Assembly: GCF_020885515.1 (NCBI RefSeq)
Contig: NZ_AP024987.1
Coordinates: 485,278-517,277, forward strand
DNA from: a cyanobacterium endosymbiont of Braarudosphaera bigelowii
GTDB lineage: Bacteria; Cyanobacteriota; Cyanobacteriia; Cyanobacteriales; Microcystaceae
Reading direction: 5' to 3'
Length of the DNA stretch: 32,000 nucleotides
How positions within the stretch are numbered: the stretch's first letter is position 1; each line of letters begins with the position of its first letter. Under the pieces are notes generated by a model that worked only from the letters and a program-made list of their open reading frames with translations, was not told the origin of the DNA and did no database searches. A program made the position numbers and the translations under genes. Positions 19,520 through 30,557 of the stretch are shown here, one piece after another.

Positions 19520-19592
19520 ATAATTTAAATCAATGTTCATTTTTGACATAACTTATAGTTTGTTTAACTTTCGTCCTGATTAAGGATATTTT

Positions 19593-21344
19593 TTAATATG
19601 TAAATTTATCTAAATTATTTTTGAGCCAACTAGCATCTTCTTTCCGTTTAATTTTTAATTCTAGAACACGTATTCCAGAAGAAGGTAAAGGATTTAACAG
19701 TTGTTTCAAATGTTGCCAGTCTTTAATGCTAGTGTGTTGAATGTCATAAGTGTTGCAAAGTTTTGCAAAATCAATATTTTGGGGAGTAACAAAGTAATCT
19801 TCAAATAAAGACTTATCTTTCGAAATAGGCAACATCTCAAAAATACCTCCTCCACTATTATTTACTAAAATAATAGTTAAATGTCCTTTAAACTTTTTGC
19901 TGATGAGAAATCCATTTGTATCATGTAAAAGAGCCAAATCTCCAGTAACTAAAATGTTTTTGCTGCTATTCTGAGCCATACCTAAAGCACTGGATAAGGT
20001 ACCGTCTATACCATTGGCACCTCGATTGAAATATGGTATCAATTCTTTATTATTGGGTAACCAAAAGAACTCTGCATAACGTACTGACATGCTATTAGCA
20101 ATAAAAATTTTAGTTTGGTGAGGTAGTATTTTAGAAAGAATAAAAGGTAATTTTGCCTGCAATATTGAATCTATCTTAATAAAAATTGACTCAATATTTT
20201 GATTAACATTATCATTTATTGTTTTCCATTTTGTTAAATAGTCTGAACTTAATTCCGTAGGTGTAATATTTCTTAAATCTAAATTTTCGACAGATGAACA
20301 TATCGAAAAACTATGATTATGAAGTGGATCAAAATTATCTGAAGAACTATCAATTAACCAACATTGAGCTTTAACTTTTTCTAACCATTCTCGTAACCTC
20401 TTACTCGTAGGAAATTGTCCAAATTGGATAACTATATCCGGTTTCAAATACTTACTTAACTTTTGATTATATAGAATAGTATCGTAAGTATTAATCAAAT
20501 TGGAAGTTTTACTTGCAAAATTTCTTAGCGGAGATAAAGCTTCTGCTAAGATCGGATAATTTAAAAATTTGGAGATAAAAGCAATATTTTCGCAATAAAG
20601 AGACGGATTAGTGGAATTATTTACTCCCGCAATAATAATTCCTTTTTCGATAAATTTCCATTTGTTTAAATAGTTAGATATATCAAGTTTAGAATGATTA
20701 CTTGGATATATTTTGCCATGTTCATAAATATCTAGAAAAAAGTCCCTAAAATCTGTTCTAGAAGGAAATAGCTCAATTTCTGGTTGAGTAAATGGTGTTA
20801 AAGGTTCGCGAAAAGGACAGTTGAGGTGAACGACACCTTTATTAGGAAAAAAGGATTTATTCCAAGCGGAGACTATAGTTTGCCTCAAATAGCTTAATAA
20901 TTTCATTTCTATAGAAGGCAAAGATAACTCAGTATACCAATTACAATAACTTCCATATAATTTAACCTGATCAATCGATTGTCCAGCATGACAATCTCTT
21001 AATTCTGGAGGACGATCTGCAGTTAAAATTAATAGCGCAGTCTTACTTTCCTTTGCCTCGATAACTGCTGGATAAAAATTTGCTCCTGCTGTTCCAGAAG
21101 TACAAATCAAAACTACAGGTAAACAAGAGCGTTTTGCTATACCCAGTGCAAAAAAAGATGCTGATCGTTCGTCTAAAATTGGTATAGTTTCTATGTTGGG
21201 GTGATTCGCAAATGCTATAGTAAGAGGTGTCGAACGAGAACCAGGACAAATAACGGCCGTTTTCAAACCTAAATTAAATAAAGTTTCTGCAACTATAGAA
21301 GACCATAAAGTGTTAGTATTACGAAAATCAAGATTTTTTATCAA
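19593..21344 (-). CDS. menD: SEPHCHC synthase MenD (phylloquinone/menaquinone pathway)
   Basis: 583 aa ThDP enzyme with N-terminal NTLWSSIVAETL..GLKTAVICPGSRSTPL and a GDLALLHDTNG ThDP-binding motif. Confidence 0.9.
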   Translation of the reverse strand: MIKNLDFRNTNTLWSSIVAETLFNLGLKTAVICPGSRSTPLTIAFANHPNIETIPILDERSASFFALGIAKRSCLPVVLICTSGTAGANFYPAVIEAKESKTALLILTADRPPELRDCHAGQSIDQVKLYGSYCNWYTELSLPSIEMKLLSYLRQTIVSAWNKSFFPNKGVVHLNCPFREPLTPFTQPEIELFPSRTDFRDFFLDIYEHGKIYPSNHSKLDISNYLNKWKFIEKGIIIAGVNNSTNPSLYCENIAFISKFLNYPILAEALSPLRNFASKTSNLINTYDTILYNQKLSKYLKPDIVIQFGQFPTSKRLREWLEKVKAQCWLIDSSSDNFDPLHNHSFSICSSVENLDLRNITPTELSSDYLTKWKTINDNVNQNIESIFIKIDSILQAKLPFILSKILPHQTKIFIANSMSVRYAEFFWLPNNKELIPYFNRGANGIDGTLSSALGMAQNSSKNILVTGDLALLHDTNGFLISKKFKGHLTIILVNNSGGGIFEMLPISKDKSLFEDYFVTPQNIDFAKLCNTYDIQHTSIKDWQHLKQLLNPLPSSGIRVLELKIKRKEDASWLKNNLDKFTY

Positions 21345-21694
21345 TTTCTTACATCTAAAGTCTATTACGAATTTTTTTCCTTGACATGATTGATCAGGAA
21401 AATTTTAGTCATTGATTTCAAAGTCTTTCTTATAATTATCAAAGTTACTTATAAAGTATTTGACAGTAATTAAAATAAAAACTTCTAACTTAATTATATA
21501 TTTAATCTATTTGCATATGAAAAAGATATTAGTTTTTCCTAGTTTTTGAATAAGAAATCTAAAGAACTTGTTTTATAAAAATAATATCAATTAATGCAGT
21601 TTCAAAAATCTATAAACTTGTTTGGTTTATACGCTTAAAAATTTTATTTTTTAGCTAAAAAATATCTTCAGTAATTAATTTCTGGCAACCTATG

Positions 21695-21730
21695 AAAATA
21701 AAAAAGGCGTTTAGAATTATTCTAAATGCC
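21695..21730 (-). terminator. Canonical intrinsic terminator of the atp operon
   Basis: On the minus strand the sequence reads GGCATTTAGAA-TAAT-TCTAAACGCC, followed by TTTTTTATTTTC. The stem is 11 bp with one G-U pair. It begins 34 nt downstream of the atpC stop. Confidence 0.75.
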
Positions 21731-21764
21731 TCATACATTCAATATTACAGATTCTAAATACAAT

Positions 21765-22709
21765 CTATAATGCATTTGCTCCAGCAACTACTTCCATTAA
21801 CTGCTGAGTAATTGCTGCTTGACGAGCTTTATTGTATGCCATTGTTAGAGACCCAGCCAGTTGGGTAGCATTATCACTAGCATTACTCATTGCAGTCATT
21901 CTAGCCGCTAGTTCACTAGCAGCTGATTCTTGCAATGCTCTAAGTAACTGGTTATTAATATATAGAGGCAATAAAGCATCTAAAATTTGAACTGGATCCT
22001 GCTCAAAAATCATATCTTGAGATAGGTTATGAGCAGGCTGTTCTAAGTGTTCCCGTTCAACTTTGAACTTGCCTTCACGAGTTATTAGACGAAAAATTTC
22101 ATCATCTTCAGCTTCCAATCCTTGTAAGCTTAAAGGAACTAAAGTTTGTACAACTGGACTAGAATTAATTAAGGAAACGAAACGAGTATAAATTAGTTCG
22201 ACTCGATCCACAGTTTCTGATAAAAATAAAGATACCAATTCGTCAGCAATGGGCATTGCATCATCACTTGTAGGAATTTGCTCTAGACCTGTATATTTTG
22301 CCTTTACAGATACTTCTCGTCTTGAGAAGTATTGAGTAGGCTTGCGCCCAACGGTTATCAAGCAGGGAGCAATTCCTTGGTCCTGTAATTCTTTAATACG
22401 TTTTTCTGCCCGACGAATAACGTAACTGTTATAACCTCCACACAATCCACGGTCCCCTGCAATTACTACAACCGCTACAGTTTTTACTGTTCTCTGTTTC
22501 AATAGAGATATATCGACATCTCCATACTTTAAACGATTTAGTAAATTGTAAAGAACATTAGTTAAAATATTAGCGAAGGGCCGAGTAGAAACAACTCTCT
22601 CCTGAGCACGGCGGACTTTAGCTGCTGCTACCAAGCGCATAGCTTCAGTAATTTTTTTGGTATTTTTGACCGATTCAATACGATCTCGAATAGCTTTAAG
22701 GTTAGCCAT
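21765..22709 (-). CDS. atpC: ATP synthase F1 gamma subunit (cyanobacterial atpC; E. coli atpG equivalent)
   Basis: [37 protein letters not shown]-terminus and ..[16 protein letters not shown]-terminus. Confidence 0.95.
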   Translation of the reverse strand: MANLKAIRDRIESVKNTKKITEAMRLVAAAKVRRAQERVVSTRPFANILTNVLYNLLNRLKYGDVDISLLKQRTVKTVAVVVIAGDRGLCGGYNSYVIRRAEKRIKELQDQGIAPCLITVGRKPTQYFSRREVSVKAKYTGLEQIPTSDDAMPIADELVSLFLSETVDRVELIYTRFVSLINSSPVVQTLVPLSLQGLEAEDDEIFRLITREGKFKVEREHLEQPAHNLSQDMIFEQDPVQILDALLPLYINNQLLRALQESAASELAARMTAMSNASDNATQLAGSLTMAYNKARQAAITQQLMEVVAGANAL

Positions 22710-22776
22710 AATATTTAGTAATTATTTATCGGACTCTCGTCATGTTGAATCTGTAACTAATTTTTTAATCTCTCAT

Positions 22777-22803
22777 TAAGGGTAAACATTAAGTTTACCC
22801 TTA
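22777..22803 (-). promoter_or_regulatory. Intra-operon hairpin between atpA and atpC
   Basis: An 11-bp perfect stem (taagggtaaac / gtttaccctta) with a 5-nt loop. It starts 5 nt after the atpA stop codon, and no U-tract follows. Confidence 0.5.
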
Positions 22804-22808
22804 CTTGA

Positions 22809-24347
<1,539 letters not shown>

Positions 24348-24363
24348 CTACAATGAGAGAAAA

Positions 24364-24921
24364 TTATAAGGTTCCGTTAAGACTTACACTTATACGTCGT
24401 AACTGGCCTCGAAGACTAGCATCAAATACTTGGGAGCCAATTTTGATAATGAATCCTCCAATTAAATCAGGATCCTTACCTATCTCCATTTCTACTGACT
24501 CAGCTCCAGTCAAACCTTTAATTTTATCGCTAATGGCAGAACGCTGTTCCTCGCTTATTTCAGTTGTAACAGTCACTTCAGCGAGAACAGTGTTAGTTAA
24601 TTTTCTTGCCAAATCTATATATCTTTGGCAGACAGCTTGAAGTAAAGCGATTCTTCGCTTTTCTATTAGAAGCATTACAAAATTACAAAAATACTGATGA
24701 GTATTTTTCCCAATAATCTTATTTAGTACAGACTTTTTGTCCTCGTCTTGAATAACAGGAGAACTAATAAAAGCTTTTAGCTCTGAGGAATCTTCTAGAA
24801 TCTGCAAAACAGTTCTACAGTCTTGTTCAACTAATCTCGTGATTTTATGGGACTCAGCAATAGACATCATAGCTTGAGCGTAGGGCTCTGCAATTTCTGC
24901 ATTAACTAATGATCCTTTCAC
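24364..24921 (-). CDS. atpD: ATP synthase F1 delta (OSCP) subunit (cyanobacterial atpD; E. coli atpH equivalent)
   Basis: 185 aa, with ..AEPYAQAMMSIAE.. at the N-terminus and GGFIIKIGSQVFDASLRGQLRR at the C-terminus. It lies between atpF and atpA. Confidence 0.9.
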   Translation of the reverse strand: MKGSLVNAEIAEPYAQAMMSIAESHKITRLVEQDCRTVLQILEDSSELKAFISSPVIQDEDKKSVLNKIIGKNTHQYFCNFVMLLIEKRRIALLQAVCQRYIDLARKLTNTVLAEVTVTTEISEEQRSAISDKIKGLTGAESVEMEIGKDPDLIGGFIIKIGSQVFDASLRGQLRRISVSLNGTL

Positions 24922-25457
24922 TATGAACCTCCTAACCGATTAATGCTACGGTTAATAAGCATTTGCTGAGCATTATTATCAACCTTGGACTTTAATTGCT
25001 CTTCTGCCTTGACAACAGCTTGTTCCGCAATTTGTTTCTTCAACTGTGCAATTACTCTTTCTTGCTCAGAGGAAAGATCTGCAGCAGCGGTTTCTTTAAG
25101 ACGAACAATATCTTGTTCATTCTGAGCTAAAATTTCAGCTTTAATAGCTATAGCTCTTTCTTGAGCAGCTTTGTGAATTTTTTCTGCTTCAATTTGAGCT
25201 TGGGCTAATTTTTTCTCTTCCTGAGCCAAAGAAGTAATTGCTTGCTGTTGTTTTTTTTCAGCTTCTTGAATAGACAGGGCTATTGCATTGTGCCTTTCAC
25301 TGAGGGTATCTCCTATGGCTTTACGTCCGTAGAATATTAAAATACCAACAAGAATGGTTAAGTTGAAAATGTTACTTTCCAAAAAATCGAAATGAAGCCC
25401 AATTAAGGGTCCATTTTCAGCGTGACTTTCAGCGACTAATAATAAAGAATCGATCAT
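24921..25457 (-). CDS. atpF: ATP synthase Fo b subunit
   Basis: One N-terminal TM helix is followed by a long A/E/K/Q-rich helix. Its operon position is after b'. It overlaps atpD by 1 nt. Confidence 0.88.
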   Translation of the reverse strand: MIDSLLLVAESHAENGPLIGLHFDFLESNIFNLTILVGILIFYGRKAIGDTLSERHNAIALSIQEAEKKQQQAITSLAQEEKKLAQAQIEAEKIHKAAQERAIAIKAEILAQNEQDIVRLKETAAADLSSEQERVIAQLKKQIAEQAVVKAEEQLKSKVDNNAQQMLINRSINRLGGS

Positions 25458-25486
25458 ACCGGTTTATCACCCAAAGGACGGCGTCG

Positions 25487-25918
25487 TTACTTGATTAACT
25501 CTGGACCTAAAAGCTTTTCCAGAATTTGATGACTTAAAACATCGACTTGTTTTTCTAGAACTTTTAGAGCATCTTGGCGCTGTTGTGCAATTTCTTTAGC
25601 AACAGCTTCTTTTTTAGCTTGGGCTTCTTGTTGAGCAATAACAATTGCTTCATTAGCAATTATTTTAGCCTCTGACTGAGCTGAAATGACAATCTCTTGA
25701 GATTGTTTTCTTGTCTCTGATAATTGTTGTTCATACTGAGCAGCCAGCTCTCTAGCTTTATCTAAATGCTCTTTCCCACCTATTTCTTGCTGACGAATAT
25801 AATCAGCTCGCTTGTCTAGTACCTCATTAAGAGGCTTATAAAAAATGGCATTTAGAACAACTGCTAATAAGATAAATTGCAATGCCATGACCGGCAAAGT
25901 TGCGTCAAAATCAAACAT
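25487..25918 (-). CDS. atpG: ATP synthase Fo b' subunit
   Basis: [23 protein letters not shown].. N-terminus is typical of b'. It has a coiled-coil tail, and its operon position is after the c subunit. Confidence 0.88.
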   Translation of the reverse strand: MFDFDATLPVMALQFILLAVVLNAIFYKPLNEVLDKRADYIRQQEIGGKEHLDKARELAAQYEQQLSETRKQSQEIVISAQSEAKIIANEAIVIAQQEAQAKKEAVAKEIAQQRQDALKVLEKQVDVLSHQILEKLLGPELIK

Positions 25919-25952
25919 AACTTACTCAACTAGATCTTTTACTTTATGATTG

Positions 25953-25976
25953 AGAGGCAGCCATATGGCTGCCTCT
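25953..25976 (-). promoter_or_regulatory. GC-rich 24-nt perfect palindrome immediately downstream of atpH
   Basis: agaggcagccat/atggctgcctct was paired base by base. It lies 16 nt after the atpH stop and 34 nt before the atpG start. No U-tract follows. Confidence 0.55.
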
Positions 25977-25992
25977 ATTAATCGACTAAATC

Positions 25993-26250
<258 letters not shown>

Positions 26251-26494
26251 TCAATTTTATTGATAAAACAAATTAGAAGCTAATTGTCAACTTAAATAGT
26301 TTAGGAGTATAGGTCTTAAAAACAAGACTAGAAATAGTTAGTTCTGTCTCTACAAACTCCCAATAAGTAAGGACCTGAGTTAATAATGGAAACTTTATAT
26401 CCATCTCCTCTGTCTATTGTCTTACGTTTTGGTCATTTTTGCGTAACAGATATTTTCCTTTTTGATAGTCTGTTTAATTAGAACCTTACTCTTA

Positions 26495-27247
26495 TTAATG
26501 TCCTTCTTCCTCTTCTGATTCAATTGCTTCGTGAATATAAGCTCCTGCCAGGGTAGCAAACACTAAAGCTTGAATCGCACTAGTAAATAGTCCTAGTGCC
26601 ATTAGTGGTAATGGCACTAGTAGAGGAACAAGAAATACAAGTACTCCTACTACTAATTCATCAGCCAGAATATTACCAAACAGACGGAAGCTCAGAGAGA
26701 GAGGCTTGGTAAAATCTTCTAAAATCTTAATAGGTAGTAAGATAGGAATAGGTTGAATATAATTAGCAAAATAACCTAAACCCTTCTTGCTAAGACCTGC
26801 GTAAAAGTAGGCTAAAGACGTTAGAAGTGCTAATGCAACAGTCGTGTTAATGTCATTAGTAGGAGCAGCTAATTCACCTTCTGGAATTTCTATAAGTTTC
26901 CACGGGATTAGAGCTCCTGACCAATTGGAGACAAAAATAAACAAAAATAGTGTCCCAATAAAGGGTAACCATTGTCGATAATGTTTTTCTCCGAGCTGGT
27001 TTTTAGCCAAATCTCGTAGAAATTCTAAAACATACTCCATAAAATTTTGCATCCCACTAGGAACTCGTTGAATATTACGAGTTGCAGATAGAGATGCAAT
27101 AACCAATAGGGCAATGACAAACCAAGAACCAAGGAATACTTGTCCATGTAATCTTAGATTGCCAATTTCCCAGTACCAGTGCTTGCCAACTTCTAAGGCA
27201 GCAAAGAATAAGGTGTTTGAAATGTATAAACCATGTAACATTGTCAT
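26495..27247 (-). CDS. atpI: ATP synthase Fo a subunit (cyanobacterial atpI; E. coli atpB equivalent)
   Basis: [21 protein letters not shown] and [13 protein letters not shown] motifs. I prefer the ATG at 27247 (MTMLHGL..) over the track TTG at 27289, but the start is not certain. Confidence 0.9.
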   Translation of the reverse strand: MTMLHGLYISNTLFFAALEVGKHWYWEIGNLRLHGQVFLGSWFVIALLVIASLSATRNIQRVPSGMQNFMEYVLEFLRDLAKNQLGEKHYRQWLPFIGTLFLFIFVSNWSGALIPWKLIEIPEGELAAPTNDINTTVALALLTSLAYFYAGLSKKGLGYFANYIQPIPILLPIKILEDFTKPLSLSFRLFGNILADELVVGVLVFLVPLLVPLPLMALGLFTSAIQALVFATLAGAYIHEAIESEEEEGH

Positions 27248-27285
27248 TAGGTAGAATTTACCAAATCTGGTCACTGAATGGAATC

Positions 27286-27705
27286 TCAATCGCTCTTTCG
27301 CGCTGAAACCATTACGCTTTGTATGGTATAAGCAACTATAGCGACTTTATAAGTCAAAAATCCCAAGAAGACTGGGACAATGTAAAGTTTTTGCCATTGA
27401 CTAGCCACGATAATTGTAGCCGCAAATAGAATTAATCCTTTATTACCTAATTTCTGTTGTGAGGTTCCAATTCGTTCTACCTCTCTCGCCAACATTTTTA
27501 AATAAACAACTCCTACAAGTGCTCCTAATAGATAGCTAAAAGCCAAATGTAAAGAGTGGAATATCCAGACACATATGAAGATGATCCCTGTAAGTACTAC
27601 GCTTAGCAACATAAGTGTGCGCTGCAACTGATAGTAATCTTTCATAGAATCAGCCTGAATTGTTTCTGTATTAGAAGTTTGAGAGACAGAACTAGTTAAT
27701 TGCAT
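27286..27705 (-). CDS. atp1: ATP synthase protein I (atp1, first gene of the operon)
   Basis: Hydrophobic small protein with ..[11 protein letters not shown].. and [23 protein letters not shown], typical of cyanobacterial atp1. The start is uncertain: ATG at 27705, ATG at 27645, or the track TTG at 27753. Confidence 0.7.
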   Translation of the reverse strand: MQLTSSVSQTSNTETIQADSMKDYYQLQRTLMLLSVVLTGIIFICVWIFHSLHLAFSYLLGALVGVVYLKMLAREVERIGTSQQKLGNKGLILFAATIIVASQWQKLYIVPVFLGFLTYKVAIVAYTIQSVMVSARKSD

Positions 27706-28244
27706 ACAGTTACAGGTTTTTATTTGACTTAAAATCAGCCTATATAAAACCAAGGCAAATTTAAATCTGTAATTCTAAGTGAGGCTCGTAAGAAAACTTG
27801 ATAAACTGTTGAAGTAAATCATTAAATATTTCCTACTACTTCATCCATCGTGTTAGAGAAAGCCTTAAAGCGAGTCACTGCTAATAATATCATGTTGATG
27901 TAACAACATGAATAGAGGTACTGTGCCGGCAGGTATAAGTTAAGAAAGTATTAAACATTTAAATATAAAATACTAGGAAAGTATGATAAATATAGAACAA
28001 AAAATGATCATAAAAACTTTAAGCACAGTCATAAATGGCAAATAACATTTAATTAATTACCTATATAGGCAAACGGTTTGCAAAAAAAAAACTATATATT
28101 TATTACTTTTTAGGCAATAAGTGATATGGATTACAACTAATGAAGTAATAAGAATTATTACTTTGTGAAAATATTTATTTGTAGAAATGTTTCGATAATG
28201 TCTCTCAAGAATAAAACTATTGATTAGTACTTTAGTCATTTAAG

Positions 28245-28289
28245 AGTGGTTAATTAAAAAAATCAATTTGATTTTTTTAATTAACCACT
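28245..28289. repeat. 45-nt perfect palindrome (22-nt arms) in the long spacer
   Basis: agtggttaattaaaaaaatcaa-t-ttgatttttttaattaaccact was paired base by base. The sequence fact is certain; the function is unknown. Confidence 0.9.
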
Positions 28290-28980
28290 ACAAGCTCTTT
28301 GTTTTAAATAATAATTGGCAATATTAAAATTTAAATAAAATATAATGTTACTAAATATAGATGACATAATATTATTAATAGAGATTTATAGCGTATCTTA
28401 TTTAAACAGACCCACTATATTCCTTAAGATAAATGAAATTTTAGAATTTAATTACCTTTATTTTATTCCGTCACGTTTAAACTGTTAAGTATAAAATTTT
28501 ATAAGATTTTCTTTCAAGCTTTATAAGAATACTGTGTCTTAGTAATAAAAGCAGCTTGCAAAAAAGATCAAATATCATTTATGTTACTTTTTTAAATTCA
28601 TGAAAAAATAAGATAATCATGTTCTTAAAATAAGTATCTTATTTTTTTATATTATGCTCCTGACATTTTTTCTATTTTGCTAATATTCCAGAAATGTCTA
28701 TCTGAGATGAGGTTTTAGAATTCTTTAAATAAATTTTACTCTTTCTATTTATTAACTCAGTTACTAATATGACTAAGAAACCAGAATAACAATTTAATGT
28801 ATGACTAAGTCACTTATGCTTATTTTCATCCTTTAAACATTGAAATATTAAGTTGATAATTATGTATTTTTTTTATTTGAATTTAAAGATTTAACGTTAT
28901 ATTTTTGATATGATGACTAGTGATTAATATTATTAGTCAATGGTTATCATTAACATAAGAGTAAAGGACATTGAAAAATT

Positions 28981-29367
28981 ATGACCAATACAAATTCTAC
29001 TCCCTTAATGGGAAAAGCATTACTTCAAAAGGTGAAAGAATTATCTCATAAACCTCGAAGAGAAACTGCTAAAGAGTGTGGATATTATTCAGTAACAAAA
29101 GATGGACAAATTCGTGTTAATTTGACCGATTTTTATGATGCAGTTTTAGGGGCTAAAGGAGTTCCCCTTGAACCTGGTTCTACTAAAGATGGGCGAGGCC
29201 GTGAACCCACATTTCGTGTTAGTGTCCATAAAAACGGTCAGATTGTCATAGGTTCTACTTATACAGAGCAAATGGGACTAAAACCAGGTGATGAATTTGA
29301 AATTAAACTTGGTTACAAACATATTCACCTTAAACAAGTTGATATTGAAGAAAAAGAAGCTGCCTAG
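28981..29367 (+). CDS. Cyanobacterial AbrB-family transcriptional regulator (cyAbrB; C-terminal AbrB/SpoVT-type domain)
   Basis: 128 aa with ..GKALLQKVKELSHKPRRETAKECGYY..VNLTDFYDAVLGAKG..GRGREPTFRVSVHKNGQIVIGSTYT..LKPGDEFEIKLGYKHIHLKQV. This is the conserved cyAbrB (CalA/CalB, Sll0359/Sll0822) pattern. The length resembles the Sll0822-type clade, from memory. Confidence 0.88.
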   Translation: MTNTNSTPLMGKALLQKVKELSHKPRRETAKECGYYSVTKDGQIRVNLTDFYDAVLGAKGVPLEPGSTKDGRGREPTFRVSVHKNGQIVIGSTYTEQMGLKPGDEFEIKLGYKHIHLKQVDIEEKEAA

Positions 29368-29422
29368 ACTGTTTTTAATTTCGATAAATGTAAATGACAT
29401 TACTAACTAGGATTAAAAAAAA

Positions 29423-29457
29423 TAGTCATTAAGCCTATTATTTAGGCTTAATGACTA
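29423..29457 (+). terminator. 15-bp perfect hairpin downstream of cyAbrB
   Basis: tagtcattaagccta / taggcttaatgacta with loop ttatt, 56 nt after the stop. A T8 run lies 15 nt further downstream. Confidence 0.6.
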
Positions 29458-29491
29458 AGAAGCAAAGAAGATTTTTTTTAGTATTATTAAC

Positions 29492-29525
29492 ATCTCACTT
29501 TTAGATATGTACCTAAAAGTGAGAT
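29492..29525 (+). promoter_or_regulatory. 13-bp perfect hairpin 43 nt upstream of the CPBP protease start
   Basis: atctcacttttag / ctaaaagtgagat with an 8-nt loop. It could be a second terminator or a 5'-leader structure. Confidence 0.4.
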
Positions 29526-29567
29526 ATGTTATGGTAAATAATAAATTAATCTATAATCCGCTCCACA

Positions 29568-30473
29568 ATGTCATTAAGAGCAGTACGAAATAGTTTAGAT
29601 TTGATTCTAAATGGAATTGAATGGGAAGCGATATTATCTTCCCGCTTAATTCAACAATTATCAGTATTTATTAAAACTTTTTCTAGCGAAATTCAAGTTA
29701 TTTCACTAGTATTTACTTGGTTTATTGTTTGGTCACCTATTGCTTTTTTTATAAGCAAAAAAATTAAATGGAGACCTTTTGAACCATTAAATCCTAGTCA
29801 GAAATTATTACTACTCATTCCTTTATATTTATTAGTTCCTCCTTTAATATCCTTAATGTTAATCAGAGAACATAAATCTTTGGCCAACTATGGATTAGTT
29901 TTTAAATATGATTTTCTGGTTGACTTTTTTGTAGGTTTATTAATAAGTTTACTTAGTTTAATAGTTTTATTTAAACTAGAAGAAAAATTAGATTACTTAA
30001 AATGGAATTTTGAGAATAAAATTACATTAAATAGAATTTTATTACCTACTTTAGGTTTAGCTTTATGGATAGGATTGACAGAAGAATTAATATTTAGAGG
30101 AATAATACAAACAATCTTAGAAGATAACCATAATATATTAATAGCCGGTGTTATCTGTAGCATAGTCTTTGCATTACTTCACTTAGTTTGGGAAAGAAAA
30201 GAAACTCTTCCTCAACTACCAGGATTATGGTTGATGGGTATGGTTTTAACTGAAGCGAAATGGGTCCATAATGGTGATTTGGGATTACCATGGGGATTAC
30301 ACACAGGATGGATCCTAGGAATTTCTTTGTTAGAATCTACAAAATTGATTACATATAAAGATTTAAAGGGTAATTATATAGTTGGAATTGGACAAAAACC
30401 TTTAGCAGGTATAATGGGGGTCTTATCATTACTAGTTACTGGCATCGTTCTGTGGTCTTTTACTATCATTTAA
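29568..30473 (+). CDS. CPBP (CAAX/Abi) family intramembrane metalloprotease
   Basis: A polytopic protein with motif 1 TEELIFRG (EExxxR) and motif 2 FALLHL (FxxxH). Confidence 0.8.
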   Translation: MSLRAVRNSLDLILNGIEWEAILSSRLIQQLSVFIKTFSSEIQVISLVFTWFIVWSPIAFFISKKIKWRPFEPLNPSQKLLLLIPLYLLVPPLISLMLIREHKSLANYGLVFKYDFLVDFFVGLLISLLSLIVLFKLEEKLDYLKWNFENKITLNRILLPTLGLALWIGLTEELIFRGIIQTILEDNHNILIAGVICSIVFALLHLVWERKETLPQLPGLWLMGMVLTEAKWVHNGDLGLPWGLHTGWILGISLLESTKLITYKDLKGNYIVGIGQKPLAGIMGVLSLLVTGIVLWSFTII

Positions 30474-30557
30474 AGCCAACCATAAACTTACAGAACATTA
30501 TCATAAATAATTAGTTTTATCAAAAATACGTTCTAGAAGTTTTTTAAAACTAAATCA

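Noticed and set aside
27286-27289. An apparent 4-nt overlap (TTGA) between the atp1 stop and the atpI start.
   Set aside because: The overlap arises because the track takes the longest ORF. An ATG at 27247, giving MTMLHGL.., is a more plausible atpI start. The overlap is not needed.
28070-28091. GGCAAACGGTTTGC followed by an A10 run, which looks terminator-like.
   Set aside because: The stem is only about 5 bp. The homopolymer is on the wrong side for a terminator in either orientation: A-run after the stem on the plus strand, and T-run before the stem on the minus strand.
28057-28239. A 60-aa minus-strand ORF in the long spacer.
   Set aside because: The translation is low-complexity and rich in I, K, N and Y, as expected from AT-rich DNA. 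There is no Shine-Dalgarno sequence and no family resemblance, and an open frame of this length is plausible by chance.
28345-28488. A 47-codon plus-strand ORF (MLLNIDDIILLIEIYSVSYLNRPTIFLKINEILEFNYLYFIPSRLNC) upstream of cyAbrB.
   Set aside because: It has no ribosome-binding site and no recognisable family. An open frame of this length is expected by chance somewhere in 1.2 kb read in six frames.
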